NCBI GenBank assembly: GCA_964016885.1
Contig: OZ024742.1
Span: forward strand, 349,432,001 to 349,496,000
Direction of reading: 5' to 3'
Source: Eledone cirrhosa
Lineage: Eukaryota
Length of the DNA stretch: 64,000 nucleotides
The notes under the pieces are model-generated. The model saw nothing but the letters and a program-made list of their open reading frames with translations, was not told the DNA's origin and ran no database searches. Positions 30,503 through 42,290 of this stretch are shown piece by piece. How positions within the stretch are numbered: the first letter of the stretch is position 1; every line of letters starts with the position of its first letter. The position numbers and the translations under genes are program-made.

Positions 30503-30862
30503 ATACGAAACGGAGAATCAGTGGTGCGACGAATTACAATTAATTAGACATATTACAATCGTTTCTCTGGCGACCAGCTCAAGGCACGATCGATGCAATG
30601 ATCCAACCTGACTCTGAAATCGCAAGATCCTCTAAGTTTCGAGACGTATCTGAGGATGTTGCGATTTCAGAGCCAGATTCGATCATTGCATCGATCGTGC
30701 GTCGAGCTGCTCGCCAGAGAAACGAGTGTAATATGTCTAATAAATCTTATTCGTAGCACCATTGATTCTCCGTTCTTATGTGATATCATACTCTGCTCCT
30801 TAAGAGAATCGAGTGCTCAAACGGCATACGGCTTACGGACGCTTTAAGCATCCCACACCAAT
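30496..30862. mobile_element. (TA)n-flanked foldback element (arms ~30496-30632 / 30652-30787)
   Basis: Diverged inverted arms; the right arm extends ~75 bp further before TA. Confidence 0.88.
30643..30737 (+). ncRNA. Type I hammerhead ribozyme motif with long loop II
   Basis: GACGTAT-CTGAGGA-TGTTGCGA...TCGCCAGA-GAAA-CGAGTG-TA-ATATGTC; 7-bp stem I. Confidence 0.75.
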
Positions 30863-31046
30863 TATATATATACATATATATATATATATAAAAGAAACAG
30901 GCGCTGTGTAGTTAGTGGATAAGGTGTAAGAGGAAAGCACGAACGGGAGAACATTTTCCGTCATCAGTTGGGGATCATGGATATTTCTACGCATTAAAGA
31001 CAAGATATCTTACCCCAGCGCATCAATAACTAAAGGAAGTTATTGG

Positions 31047-32178
<1,132 letters not shown>

Positions 32179-32420
32179 ATATATATATATATATATAAAC
32201 AATTAAGTTAAAAATGTACATCCACATATGTATACTGAAATACTAGTATGCATATGAATACACACACGTGTACATATGTAGATGTACCGAGTTTTCACTG
32301 GTCACTTTACTGTGAGTGTCCAGCTATTCTGTATGTAGACACACAGACAAACCGGTTCTTAGAGTCATACTGGTTTTTGAGGAAACACCTTTCCTCTATT
32401 CTCCAGAAAGCCAGACAAGG

Positions 32421-32465
32421 AATATTGGACTAGTTTCGATGTTGTTACATCTCATCAGCAATATT
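32421..32465 (-). ncRNA. Minimal type I hammerhead ribozyme (array unit 1)
   Basis: Minus strand: AATATTG-CTGATGA-GATGT aaca ACATC-GAAA-CTAG-TC-CAATATT; GUC cleavage triplet; palindromic stem III ACTAGT. Confidence 0.92.
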
Positions 32466-32886
32466 TACCTATCTTCCGGCTTCTCTAGAGAATCGTGAAA
32501 GCACATATCGTTATATGCTTTTTCTATGAAAATTAGTAGTGGGCAGACCAATTTGCATAGAGCGTGAGTACGTACCGGTTCAACGGAGACGATAAAAACA
32601 AATAACGAAACGAAATTAAATTTCGTTTCGTTTGTAACTCACTTTTGTATGACTGACGCTTAAACAATTAAGTTAAAAAATGTACATCCACATATGTATA
32701 CTGAAATACTAGTATGCATATGAATACACACACGTGTACATATGTAGATGTACCGAGTTTTCACTGGTCACTTTACTGTGAGTGTCCAGCTATTCTGTAT
32801 GTAGACACACAGACAAACCGGTTCTTAGAGTCATACTGGTTTTTGAGGAAACACCTTTCCTCTATTCTCCAGAAAGCCAGACAAGG

Positions 32887-32931
32887 AATATTGGACTAGT
32901 TTCGATGTTGTTACATCTCATCAGCAATATT
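32887..32931 (-). ncRNA. Minimal type I hammerhead ribozyme (array unit 2)
   Basis: Identical to 32421-32465. Confidence 0.92.
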
Positions 32932-33701
32932 TACCTATCTTCCGGCTTCTCTAGAGAATCGTGAAAGCACATATCGTTATATGCTTTTTCTATGAAAATT
33001 AGTAGTGGGCAGACCAATTTGCATAGAGCGTGAGTACGTACCGGTTCAACGGAGACGATAAAAACAAATAACGAAACGAAATTAAATTTCGTTTCGTTTG
33101 TAACTCACTTTTGTATGACTGACGCTTAAACAATTAAGTTAAAAATGTACATCCACATATGTATACTGAAATACTAGTATGCATATGAATACACACACGT
33201 GTACATATGTAGATGTACCGAGTTTTCACTGGTCACTTTACTGTGAGTGTCCAGCTATTCTGTATGTAGACACACAGACAAACCGGTTCTTAGAGTCATA
33301 CTGGTTTTTGAGGAAACACCTTTCCTCTATTCTCCAGAAAGCCAGACAAGGAATATTGGACTAGTTTCGATGTTGGTACGTGAGTACGTACCGGTTCAAC
33401 GGAGACGATAAAAACAAATAACGAAACGAAATTAAATTTCGTTTCGTTTGTAACTCACTTTTGTATGACTGACGCTTAAACAATTAAGTTAAAAATGTAC
33501 ATCCACATATGTATACTGAAATACTAGTATGCATATGAATACACACACGTGTACATATGTAGATGTACCGAGTTTTCACTGGTCACTTTACTGTGAGTGT
33601 CCAGCTATTCTGTATGTAGACACACAGACAAACCGGTTCTTAGAGTCATACTGGTTTTTGAGGAAACACCTTTCCTCTATTCTCCAGAAAGCCAGACAAG
33701 G

Positions 33702-33746
33702 AATATTGGACTAGTTTCGATGTTGTTACATCTCATCAGCAATATT
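33702..33746 (-). ncRNA. Minimal type I hammerhead ribozyme (array unit 4)
   Basis: Identical to 32421-32465. Confidence 0.92.
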
Positions 33747-34516
33747 TACCTATCTTCCGGCTTCTCTAGAGAATCGTGAAAGCACATATCGTTATATGCT
33801 TTTTCTATGAAAATTAGTAGTGGGCAGACCAATTTGCATAGAGCGTGAGTACGTACCGGTTCAACGGAGACGATAAAAACAAATAACGAAACGAAATTAA
33901 ATTTCGTTTCGTTTGTAACTCACTTTTGTATGACTGACGCTTAAACAATTAAGTTAAAAATGTACATCCACATATGTATACTGAAATACTAGTATGCATA
34001 TGAATACACACACGTGTACATATGTAGATGTACCGAGTTTTCACTGGTCACTTTACTGTGAGTGTCCAGCTATTCTGTATGTAGACACACAGACAAACCG
34101 GTTCTTAGAGTCATACTGGTTTTTGAGGAAACACCTTTCCTCTATTCTCCAGAAAGCCAGACAAGGAATATTGGACTAGTTTCGATGTTGTTACGTGAGT
34201 ACGTACCGGTTCAACGGAGACGATAAAAACAAATAACGAAACGAAATTAAATTTCGTTTCGTTTGTAACTCACTTTTGTATGACTGACGCTTAAACAATT
34301 AAGTTAAAAATGTACATCCACATATGTATACTGAAATACTAGTATGCATATGAATACACACACGTGTACATATGTAGATGTACCGAGTTTTCACTGGTCA
34401 CTTTACTGTGAGTGTCCAGCTATTCTGTATGTAGACACACAGACAAACCGGTTCTTAGAGTCATACTGGTTTTTGAGGAAACACCTTTCCTCTATTCTCC
34501 AGAAAGCCAGACAAGG

Positions 34517-34561
34517 AATATTGGACTAGTTTCGATGTTGTTACATCTCATCAGCAATATT
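34517..34561 (-). ncRNA. Minimal type I hammerhead ribozyme (array unit 6)
   Basis: Identical to 32421-32465. Confidence 0.92.
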
Positions 34562-34981
34562 TACCTATCTTCCGGCTTCTCTAGAGAATCGTGAAAGCAC
34601 ATATCGTTATATGCTTTTTCTATGAAAATTAGTAGTGGGCAGACCAATTTGCATAGAGCGTGAGTACGTACCGGTTCAACGGAGACGATAAAAACAAATA
34701 ACGAAACGAAATTAAATTTCGTTTCGTTTGTAACTCACTTTTGTATGACTGACGCTTAAACAATTAAGTTAAAAATGTACATCCACATATGTATACTGAA
34801 ATACTAGTATGCATATGAATACACACACGTGTACATATGTAGATGTACCGAGTTTTCACTGGTCACTTTACTGTGAGTGTCCAGCTATTCTGTATGTAGA
34901 CACACAGACAAACCGGTTCTTAGAGTCATACTGGTTTTTGAGGAAACACCTTTCCTCTATTCACCAGAAAGCCAGACAAGG

Positions 34982-35026
34982 AATATTGGACTAGTTTCGA
35001 TGTTGTTACATCTCATCAGCAATATT
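34982..35026 (-). ncRNA. Minimal type I hammerhead ribozyme (array unit 7)
   Basis: Identical to 32421-32465. Confidence 0.92.
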
Positions 35027-35499
35027 TACCTATCTTCCGGCTTCTCTAGAGAATCGTGAAAGCACATATCGTTATATGCTTTTTCTATGAAAATTAGTAG
35101 TGGGCAGACCAATTTGCATAGAGCGTGAGTACGTACCGGTTCAACGGAGACGATAAAAACAAATAACGAAACGAAATTAAATTTCGTTTCGTTTTTAAAT
35201 TTCGTTTCGTTTCCTTGTCTGGCTTTCTGGAGAATAGAGGAAAGGTGTTTCCTCAAAAACCAGTATGACTCTAAGAACCGGTTTGTCTGTGTGTCTACAT
35301 ACAGAATAGCTGGACACTCACAGTAAAGTGACCAGTGAAAACTCGGTACATCTACATATGTACACGTGTGTGTATTCATATGCATACTAGTATTTCAGTA
35401 TACATATGTGGATGTACATTTTTAACTTAATTGTTTAAGCGTCAGTCATACAAAAGTGAGTTACAAACGAAACGAAATTTAATTTCGTTTCGTTATTTG

Positions 35500-35553
<54 letters not shown>

Positions 35554-35748
35554 AATATATAAATTAATTTTGGAAACGTAAATAAGTTAAAGAAATATCA
35601 ACTTGTTTACTCAGTGTCGCCACTACAGTTGAGCAAACTCAGCTTGGACTGGGAAAGTCTGGAATAGTCAGGGAACTAAGGAAGAAAGAAATTCGACTGA
35701 ATTGTCCGTTAGCCCTGATTAGCGTCCTACACACACACACACGCAAGA

Positions 35749-35780
<32 letters not shown>

Positions 35781-35940
35781 TCTCCACCGTCATGCTAAGC
35801 TATATATATATATATATATATATATACAGACACATATAAATGTATATACATATATACATTTTTAATTTCCACCGTCACGGTATGCTCTACATATTTACAT
35901 GCATACTAATACACATATATATATTTATATATATATGTGT

Positions 35941-35999
<59 letters not shown>

Positions 36000-36104
36000 G
36001 TGAAGTGCAATTTGCTAAATGATATCCACAGTTGGAAGAGCTCTCAGTCGGTGGGATGAGTTGTGGCGTACAGATCTTTATTACAGAAACTATGGTATTA
36101 TTTT

Positions 36105-36530
36105 AGGTGCATATGTTACTCTGGTTAATACTTAGAATTTGCATCACCAGTCTGGAACACCTATCTTGCTCAGAACATTGACCGCCTCGAAACTGTTCAG
36201 AGACGTGCAAACAAGCAAGTACCCTCCATCAGGCATCTACCATACTCTGAACGCCTTGCTTCCCTGGGCATGGATACATTGAAGCTCCGACGTCTGGCAA
36301 CTAACTTGTTAAACACCCACAAAATTATTAACCATCTTGCCAACAACAACCCTGAGTACCTTTTTGATTTCCATGTGTCTAACACACATGGATATGCCTA
36401 CAAAGTCAGAAAACAGCACAGTTCCCATGATTTTCGGAAACATTTTTTTACGCTGAGTTGCTGAAGCATGGAACAAACTACCTGCATCAGATGTTAGCTG
36501 CCGAGACACTGCATTCTTTAAAACTTCTAT
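36105..36530 (+). pseudogene. CR1-clade LINE ORF2 C-terminal fragment
   Basis: Reads LEFASPVWNTYLAQNIDRLETVQRRANK...LPYSERLASLGMDTLKLRR...FRKHFF, then AWNKLP after a frameshift; these are typical CR1 motifs. Confidence 0.85.
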
Positions 36531-36719
36531 GGAATAAACGTTGACCTCGGTGGTATTAGAAAGCGCAGAGTGTCAGAGTGACTACCACAAAGTTGACCTC
36601 GGTGGTATTAGAGAGCGCAGAGTGTCAGAGTGGCTACCACAAAGTATTCTATCCCATGTTCTGACCATTCTACCAATTCTCCTCCTTTAATACGCTTTGA
36701 ATTACTTGGAATACTTTAT

Positions 36720-37060
36720 TACTTTTTCACGTAACATGTTTTCCATTTCGAAATCCATCTTTCTGATGTTTTGAATTTTATATCTTTCAAACTTGAGCTA
36801 GACTTCCTGATTACGGAATGGGAATGTTTGCTTACTACTTCAAGTAGTGTGTTGATATTTCTTTTCAACTCCTTATCACCGTTAATTGTACAGTTCTCTG
36901 TTATTTCCCACCCACATTCAACGAATTTCAATCGTTGAAAATTACTATTCATCAAATTGCTTTCATAGCGCCCTCTAAAAGTCGTGATTTATTTGTAGTT
37001 TAAGATCCAGTTTTTTTCCCTTTTACTTTACATCGCCAGGCTTGGCATCTTTCTGCATTA
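36720..37060 (-). pseudogene. Possible decayed pogo/Tigger transposase N-terminal (CENP-B-type HTH) remnant
   Basis: NCTINGD...FKTSERWISKWK resembles the IPISG...FKASxGWLxxFK motif; the match is weak. Confidence 0.35.
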
Positions 37061-37439
37061 ACTAGTATTTAATGCTTTCTAGTTCTTAATACATTAGCAA
37101 CAGCTACTGTAATCCTCAGTTTTTTTTACTGCTTCCAAATTCATTGGATCAAGCTGTTTGACTGATTCACTTATCTCAGCAGATAAAAGACTGTTCGTTT
37201 TCTTTCATGACTTCCTATATAAAGTAGGACAGATACACACGAAAGACGATTGATTTTATGATATTTGCATGTTAGAAGACAGAACTGCTGCTTGCCAAGA
37301 CATCTGTTACATGTAGGGTAGACGAGAATATACCGTTGTAAAAAACAAAAGAAACAACGATTTTGGTGTTTTAAAATATTCTGATATTTTTGAAAGTTTC
37401 TCAAATCTTACTTTTTTATGAACAGCTTTCTACCGATTT

Positions 37440-37475
<36 letters not shown>

Positions 37476-37482
<7 letters not shown>

Positions 37483-38297
37483 AAAGTATGTATCTTTACA
37501 TGTAATTAATACACATAGGGACACAAGTATAGTCCGACCATATGCCAGTGTGGTTCAATGGTAAGTTAATAAATTAACAAGCCAGAACATATAAATTCAA
37601 GGGAGTGTAAACACAGAAAATATCTTAAAAAATAAAAAATAATTAAATTTAAAAAAATTCACTGTACTTACTATATGTGCCCTTACCGCGGTTTCAGATC
37701 CCAAACAAATAGATAATCCAAGCGGATTTCCATTGAGAAAGAAATCATCGTCAGAAGGCTTTTCTCTCTCGGAGAATATAAAATTCCCGAGTTAAAATTG
37801 CAAACTGGCGCCACACCAAACTGCCACAGAATGAGACCGAATGAATGATGAAACAGTTATGGTATAGTACCGTATGCAAAGGCAAAAAGCACGGTAATTA
37901 CATGTAGGGATACATACTTTTATTATTATTCTCCCCAACGGTAGAGAAACCTTTGGTCGTTTGAATAGCTGCTATTTTTCGTAACATTAGATTGACCTGT
38001 CCACCGTGCTTTTTGCCTTTGCACACGGTATTATACCACAACTGTTTCATCATTCATTCGCTCTCATTCTGGAGCAGTTTGGTGTGGCGCCAGTTTGTAA
38101 TTTTAACTCGGGTATTTTATATTCTCCGAGAGAGAAAAGCCTTCTGACGATGATCTCTTTCTCAATAGAAATCCGCTTGGATTATCTATTTGTTTGTGAT
38201 CTGAAACCGCGGTAATGGCACATATAGTAAGTACAGTGAAATTTTTGGAATTTAATTATTTATTATTTTTAAAGATATTTTCTGTGTTTACACTCCC

Positions 38298-38302
<5 letters not shown>
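37476..38302. mobile_element. (TA)n-flanked foldback element (arms ~37595-37895 / 38003-38302) with nested second inversion
   Basis: ~300-bp diverged arms; 37896-37926 is the reverse complement of 37477-37507. Confidence 0.9.
37679..37759 (-). ncRNA. Type I hammerhead motif; mirror copy at 38139-38219 (+)
   Basis: Minus strand: GCCTT-CTGACGA-tGATTTC...GGGATCt-GAAA-CCGCGG-TA-AGGGC; palindromic stem III ACCGCGGT. Confidence 0.75.
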
Positions 38303-38341
<39 letters not shown>

Positions 38342-38358
38342 ATAATAATAACATTTTA

Positions 38359-38393
<35 letters not shown>

Positions 38394-38397
<4 letters not shown>

Positions 38398-38589
38398 AAC
38401 GAGTAGGACCCAGACGGCTGAACTCAAGCTGTTTCGACGGCTAATTCTGGGTCCAGAATTAGCCGTCGAAACGGCTTGAGCTCAGCCGTCGGGATCCTAC
38501 TCGTTCCTATTACCCTCTCTACTACCCTAAGTATTGAGTACTTTGGTGCGTTATGGTCCACCTGGTTCCTTACCACATTTCCTTCGTTA
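38394..38589 (+). mobile_element. ~190-bp hairpin-ended (TA)n element, copy 4
   Basis: Full hairpin plus family tail; nearly the reverse complement of 39297-39492. Confidence 0.88.
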
Positions 38590-38599
38590 TATATATATA

Positions 38600-38642
<43 letters not shown>

Positions 38643-38715
38643 GGGAGTGTAAACACAGAAAATATCTTTAAAAATAATAAATAATTAAATTCCAAAAATT
38701 TCACTGTATTGTTAT

Positions 38716-38769
<54 letters not shown>

Positions 38770-38788
38770 TTAATAATCTGTTATTTTA

Positions 38789-38838
<50 letters not shown>

Positions 38839-38911
38839 ATAACAATACAGTGAAATTTTTGGAATTTAATTATTTATTATTTTTAAAGATATTTTCTGTG
38901 TTTACACTCCC

Positions 38912-38967
<56 letters not shown>

Positions 38968-38986
38968 ATAATAATCTGTTATTTTA

Positions 38987-39067
<81 letters not shown>

Positions 39068-39296
39068 AATAAAAAACAAGGACGATTGGCTACTCTTTCA
39101 TTACGTTTATTGGTTGGTAACGCGCGTTTCGCCACTGATCAGCTCAAAGTTCGATCTGTATCGATCTATCCCGATTCTGTAATCATCCGCGGCACGTCAG
39201 ACCCCTTACAATGGTAATGGAAATATGAAACTTTACAGTAACTCCAAGTTACACTCCCTGGATATATATATATATATATATAAATATATATATATA

Positions 39297-39492
39297 TAAC
39301 GAAGGAAATGTGGTAAGGAACCAGGTGGACCATAACGCACCAAGGCACTCAATACTTAGGGTAGTAGAGTGGGTAATAGGAACGAGTAGGATCCCGACGG
39401 CTGAGCTCAAGCCGTTTCGACGGCTAATTCTGGACCCAGAATTAGCCGTCGAAACGGCTTGAGCTCAGCCGTCTGGGTCCTACTCGTTCCTA
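39297..39492 (-). mobile_element. ~190-bp hairpin-ended (TA)n element, copy 5
   Basis: Full hairpin plus family tail; TA on both sides. Confidence 0.88.
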
Positions 39493-40770
39493 TATATATA
39501 TATCAGAAATATGTTGAATTTCCTTAATTATGTATTTCTGAAAACACTATGCACATCTCAGTGACCAGGTTGCGTAAGAAGCCGGTGATATCTTCAGGTG
39601 TAAATTGCGTAATATATGTATACTAACGGAATGATGGTAAGCCCATTTCAAGAGGCTTTAACGAAAAAAAGCAAAGAAAAAACAGAGAAAAAAGTGCTTT
39701 CGACCCAGAGACGATTGAAGCAATATGTTGTTATAACGTCCCGTCGTCTCTGAGTGGATCTTTAACAGATCCTTCTTGATAGTTTGATAAGCGGGTAGGG
39801 GGGAAGTATAGTTTATTGGGCGAATCACTACTAATGCGCTGGGATAATTGCTGGCCTTGTGTCCAAAGTAGAAACAATTATAACAACCTTCGGACAGCAG
39901 GCCAGAGAAGAGGGTGGGGTGAAAAATATCGTGTTACAGAGAATGGTAATCTGTCTGGGTCAAGCTAAGGTCTATACACTCACAGAAAGTATACAACAGA
40001 CGGGGTAAATTTAGCAATACATCAAGCAGAGAAAATTCAGAGCTTAAAAGAAATTACAGGCTTTAATTGTTTAGAAGTTAAAGTTAGGGTTAATTTTAGG
40101 AATTGAAAATTAAAATTGAATGTTTAAAAATGTTTAAAATTTAATTAAATATGTAGAGTCCACACAGTTGGTCAGTAAATCACCAATTAGAAAGACCAGT
40201 TACGTTAATGATTCTAATTATAGAGTTGTGTAAATCAGGGACCTAATAAATAATTAACATAATGTTAGTTAAGATAAGTTAAGTCACTATCCACTTGGGA
40301 TTCCTCTCGTAGTTCAAAGTTATATTCCTCTGGCATATACTATATAAGTAGGATGGTATGGTGGTTAACAACAACTGAAAATAGTGACCTCTCCAACGCA
40401 CCCAGGGTCCAAAGGCCCACCGACCGTTCCGAGTATTACGGTATACCGTAGAAAAGGGAAATTTAATTTATTTCCAAGAGCTCAAGGAGGTGGACAGACA
40501 CAGGCTTCCCGGAGACAGCCGGTGTCGTAATATATGCCATATATTCCTAGTTATCCATACTAGTGAAGTCGAGATATCAAAACTGAAGCAACGCTGGATT
40601 TATTTGAGGCAGGAAAACCTACACAATCCATAGGTTCCATGCGCCGGTCAGTCTTAGATACATATTGGATATAATCCACATAGGCAAGGTACAGGCATTC
40701 AAACAAGGCTATCACTATATATGAAGACACTATCGTATATTATACAGCAAATGTATCCCAAATAGAGACA

Positions 40771-41286
40771 TCTATATATATAAAACTGAGGATGTCTGTC
40801 TGTGTATGTGTGAGTGTGTGTGTGTGTTTGTGTGTGTGTCTGTGAGTTTGAATCCCTAAAACTCGAGAAGTACCCAACCGATTTTTTTCAAACTTTACAT
40901 ATGTATTACTTATGTTTCAGGGAGTGTTATGCACATACAAAATTCAACTTTTTGATCCTCTAGGGCCCGCATTAGGTGAAAAACTTCATTTTTTCAGCTT
41001 TTGGGGGCTTTTTTGAGGCGTTACGTCTAGCCGATTTTCCCGAAATTTCAAGGCATATTATGCACATGAAAAAATTCATTTTCTTGATCTCCTAGGGTCC
41101 GCATTAGGTGAAAACCTGAATTTTTCCTACTTCATCGAGGAAAATCTTAAAGATTATCAAGCCATCAGAGTATTCGGTTTATTTTCTTTACATATTGTCC
41201 AGGCATGCAGTTTTTCCACGATTAGGTCTGTTGCCGGCCCGCGTTCCAAAAACCTTACCCCGTGCAACGCCGGGTACCACTGCTAG
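40771..41286 (+). mobile_element. Non-autonomous Helitron
   Basis: Starts a|TCTATATATATAAAA, has a subterminal hairpin ACCCCGTGCAACGCCGGGT (41257-41275), ends CTAG|t and has no TSD. Confidence 0.8.
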
Positions 41287-41309
41287 TAGATATATATAAG
41301 TCAGGTTTA

Positions 41310-42290
41310 AAGTCTCTCTCAAGGGCTCAAAGGCAGAAAGGTGCTTATCCTGGTTTCGTGGCGCGAAGCGACTGAGAGTACAAGATTTCTCCTGGACAGG
41401 ACACACCTGTCCACCGTAGGGTTAAATCCCCAGCTATTGCTGGTACTCATTTTCAGCTGAGTATACTGGAGCAACGTGAAATGAAGTGTTTTGTTCAAGA
41501 ACACAATACACAAGCCAGCCCAGTCGTTGTACTCTCCGTCGCTTCACGCCACGAAACTGGGATAAGAAACGGCTTGATGAGCTGGCTTGGGTCAGACTTT
41601 AGACTTTAGAATCTTCTTATGACTCTTTCTAAGTAATTGTTTAAACGGTGCCATTTGGGAAAGATTTCTGATCTCGCCTGTAGATTTATTTTAGTTTACA
41701 ATAAAGAGGTTTTGTTTGGTTATGAATAACTTGCAACATTTTGTACTAAATCTGTATCGACTGTGGAGGTTCTTCCACAAAAGCAGTAGCATTACTACAT
41801 ATTATGAAAGGGGTGAGGGTGGATTGGCAGTAATCAGTAGAGTGTCGGACAACACACTTCTTTGAGGCATTGAGCTACGGCTCTTTACGTTCTGAGTTCG
41901 AATCACACAGAGGTTAGCTTTGCCTTTCATCCTTACAAGGAGGATAAAATATAGTACCAGTAATGCACTTTTGTTGTTGTTACAGCTCACACCTATGTAG
42001 GTTTAGCTGGCCTTCTCCAAGGTATATCTCGTTGGAGGTGTCTTAGGTAATTTAATGATAGGGACCTCAGTACTATCATCTCATTTCTACAGCTGAATAA
42101 ACTGGAGCAACGTGAAATAAAGTGTCTTGCTCAAGGAAACAACACATCACCCGGTCCGAGAATTGAACTCACAACCTTTCCATTGCAAGCCAATGCTCTT
42201 ATCACTAATCACAATACACTGGGGTCAATTTAATCGACTTTCCTCTTTCTTCTCAATTGCTGGCCTTGTGCCAAAGGTAGAAACAATTAT
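41310..42290. mobile_element. Cluster of SINE fragments (~41310-41590, ~41815-41970 +, ~42085-42210 -, ~42215-42290 +)
   Basis: Similar to the copies at 22395 and 17130; B-box GAGTTCGAATC at ~41894. Confidence 0.65.

Larger units (their letters stand above)
32196..35505 (-). mobile_element. Retrozyme-like tandem array: ~465-bp units (two are 350-bp deletion variants) plus a terminal inverted segment at ~35211-35505, inside (TA)n
   Basis: Unit landmarks at 32248, 32714, 33179, 33529, 33994, 34344 and 34809 (spacings 466, 465, 350, 465, 350, 465); a hammerhead in every full unit. Confidence 0.92.

Noticed and set aside
30940-30975. CTGATGA on the minus strand as another hammerhead
   Set aside because: No GAAA box or stem III follows.
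32248-35385. Repeated 60-61 aa ORFs (MHMNTHT..., MSSYSV...)
   Set aside because: No recognisable domain; they recur only because the unit is repeated, and most lie antisense to the ribozyme strand.
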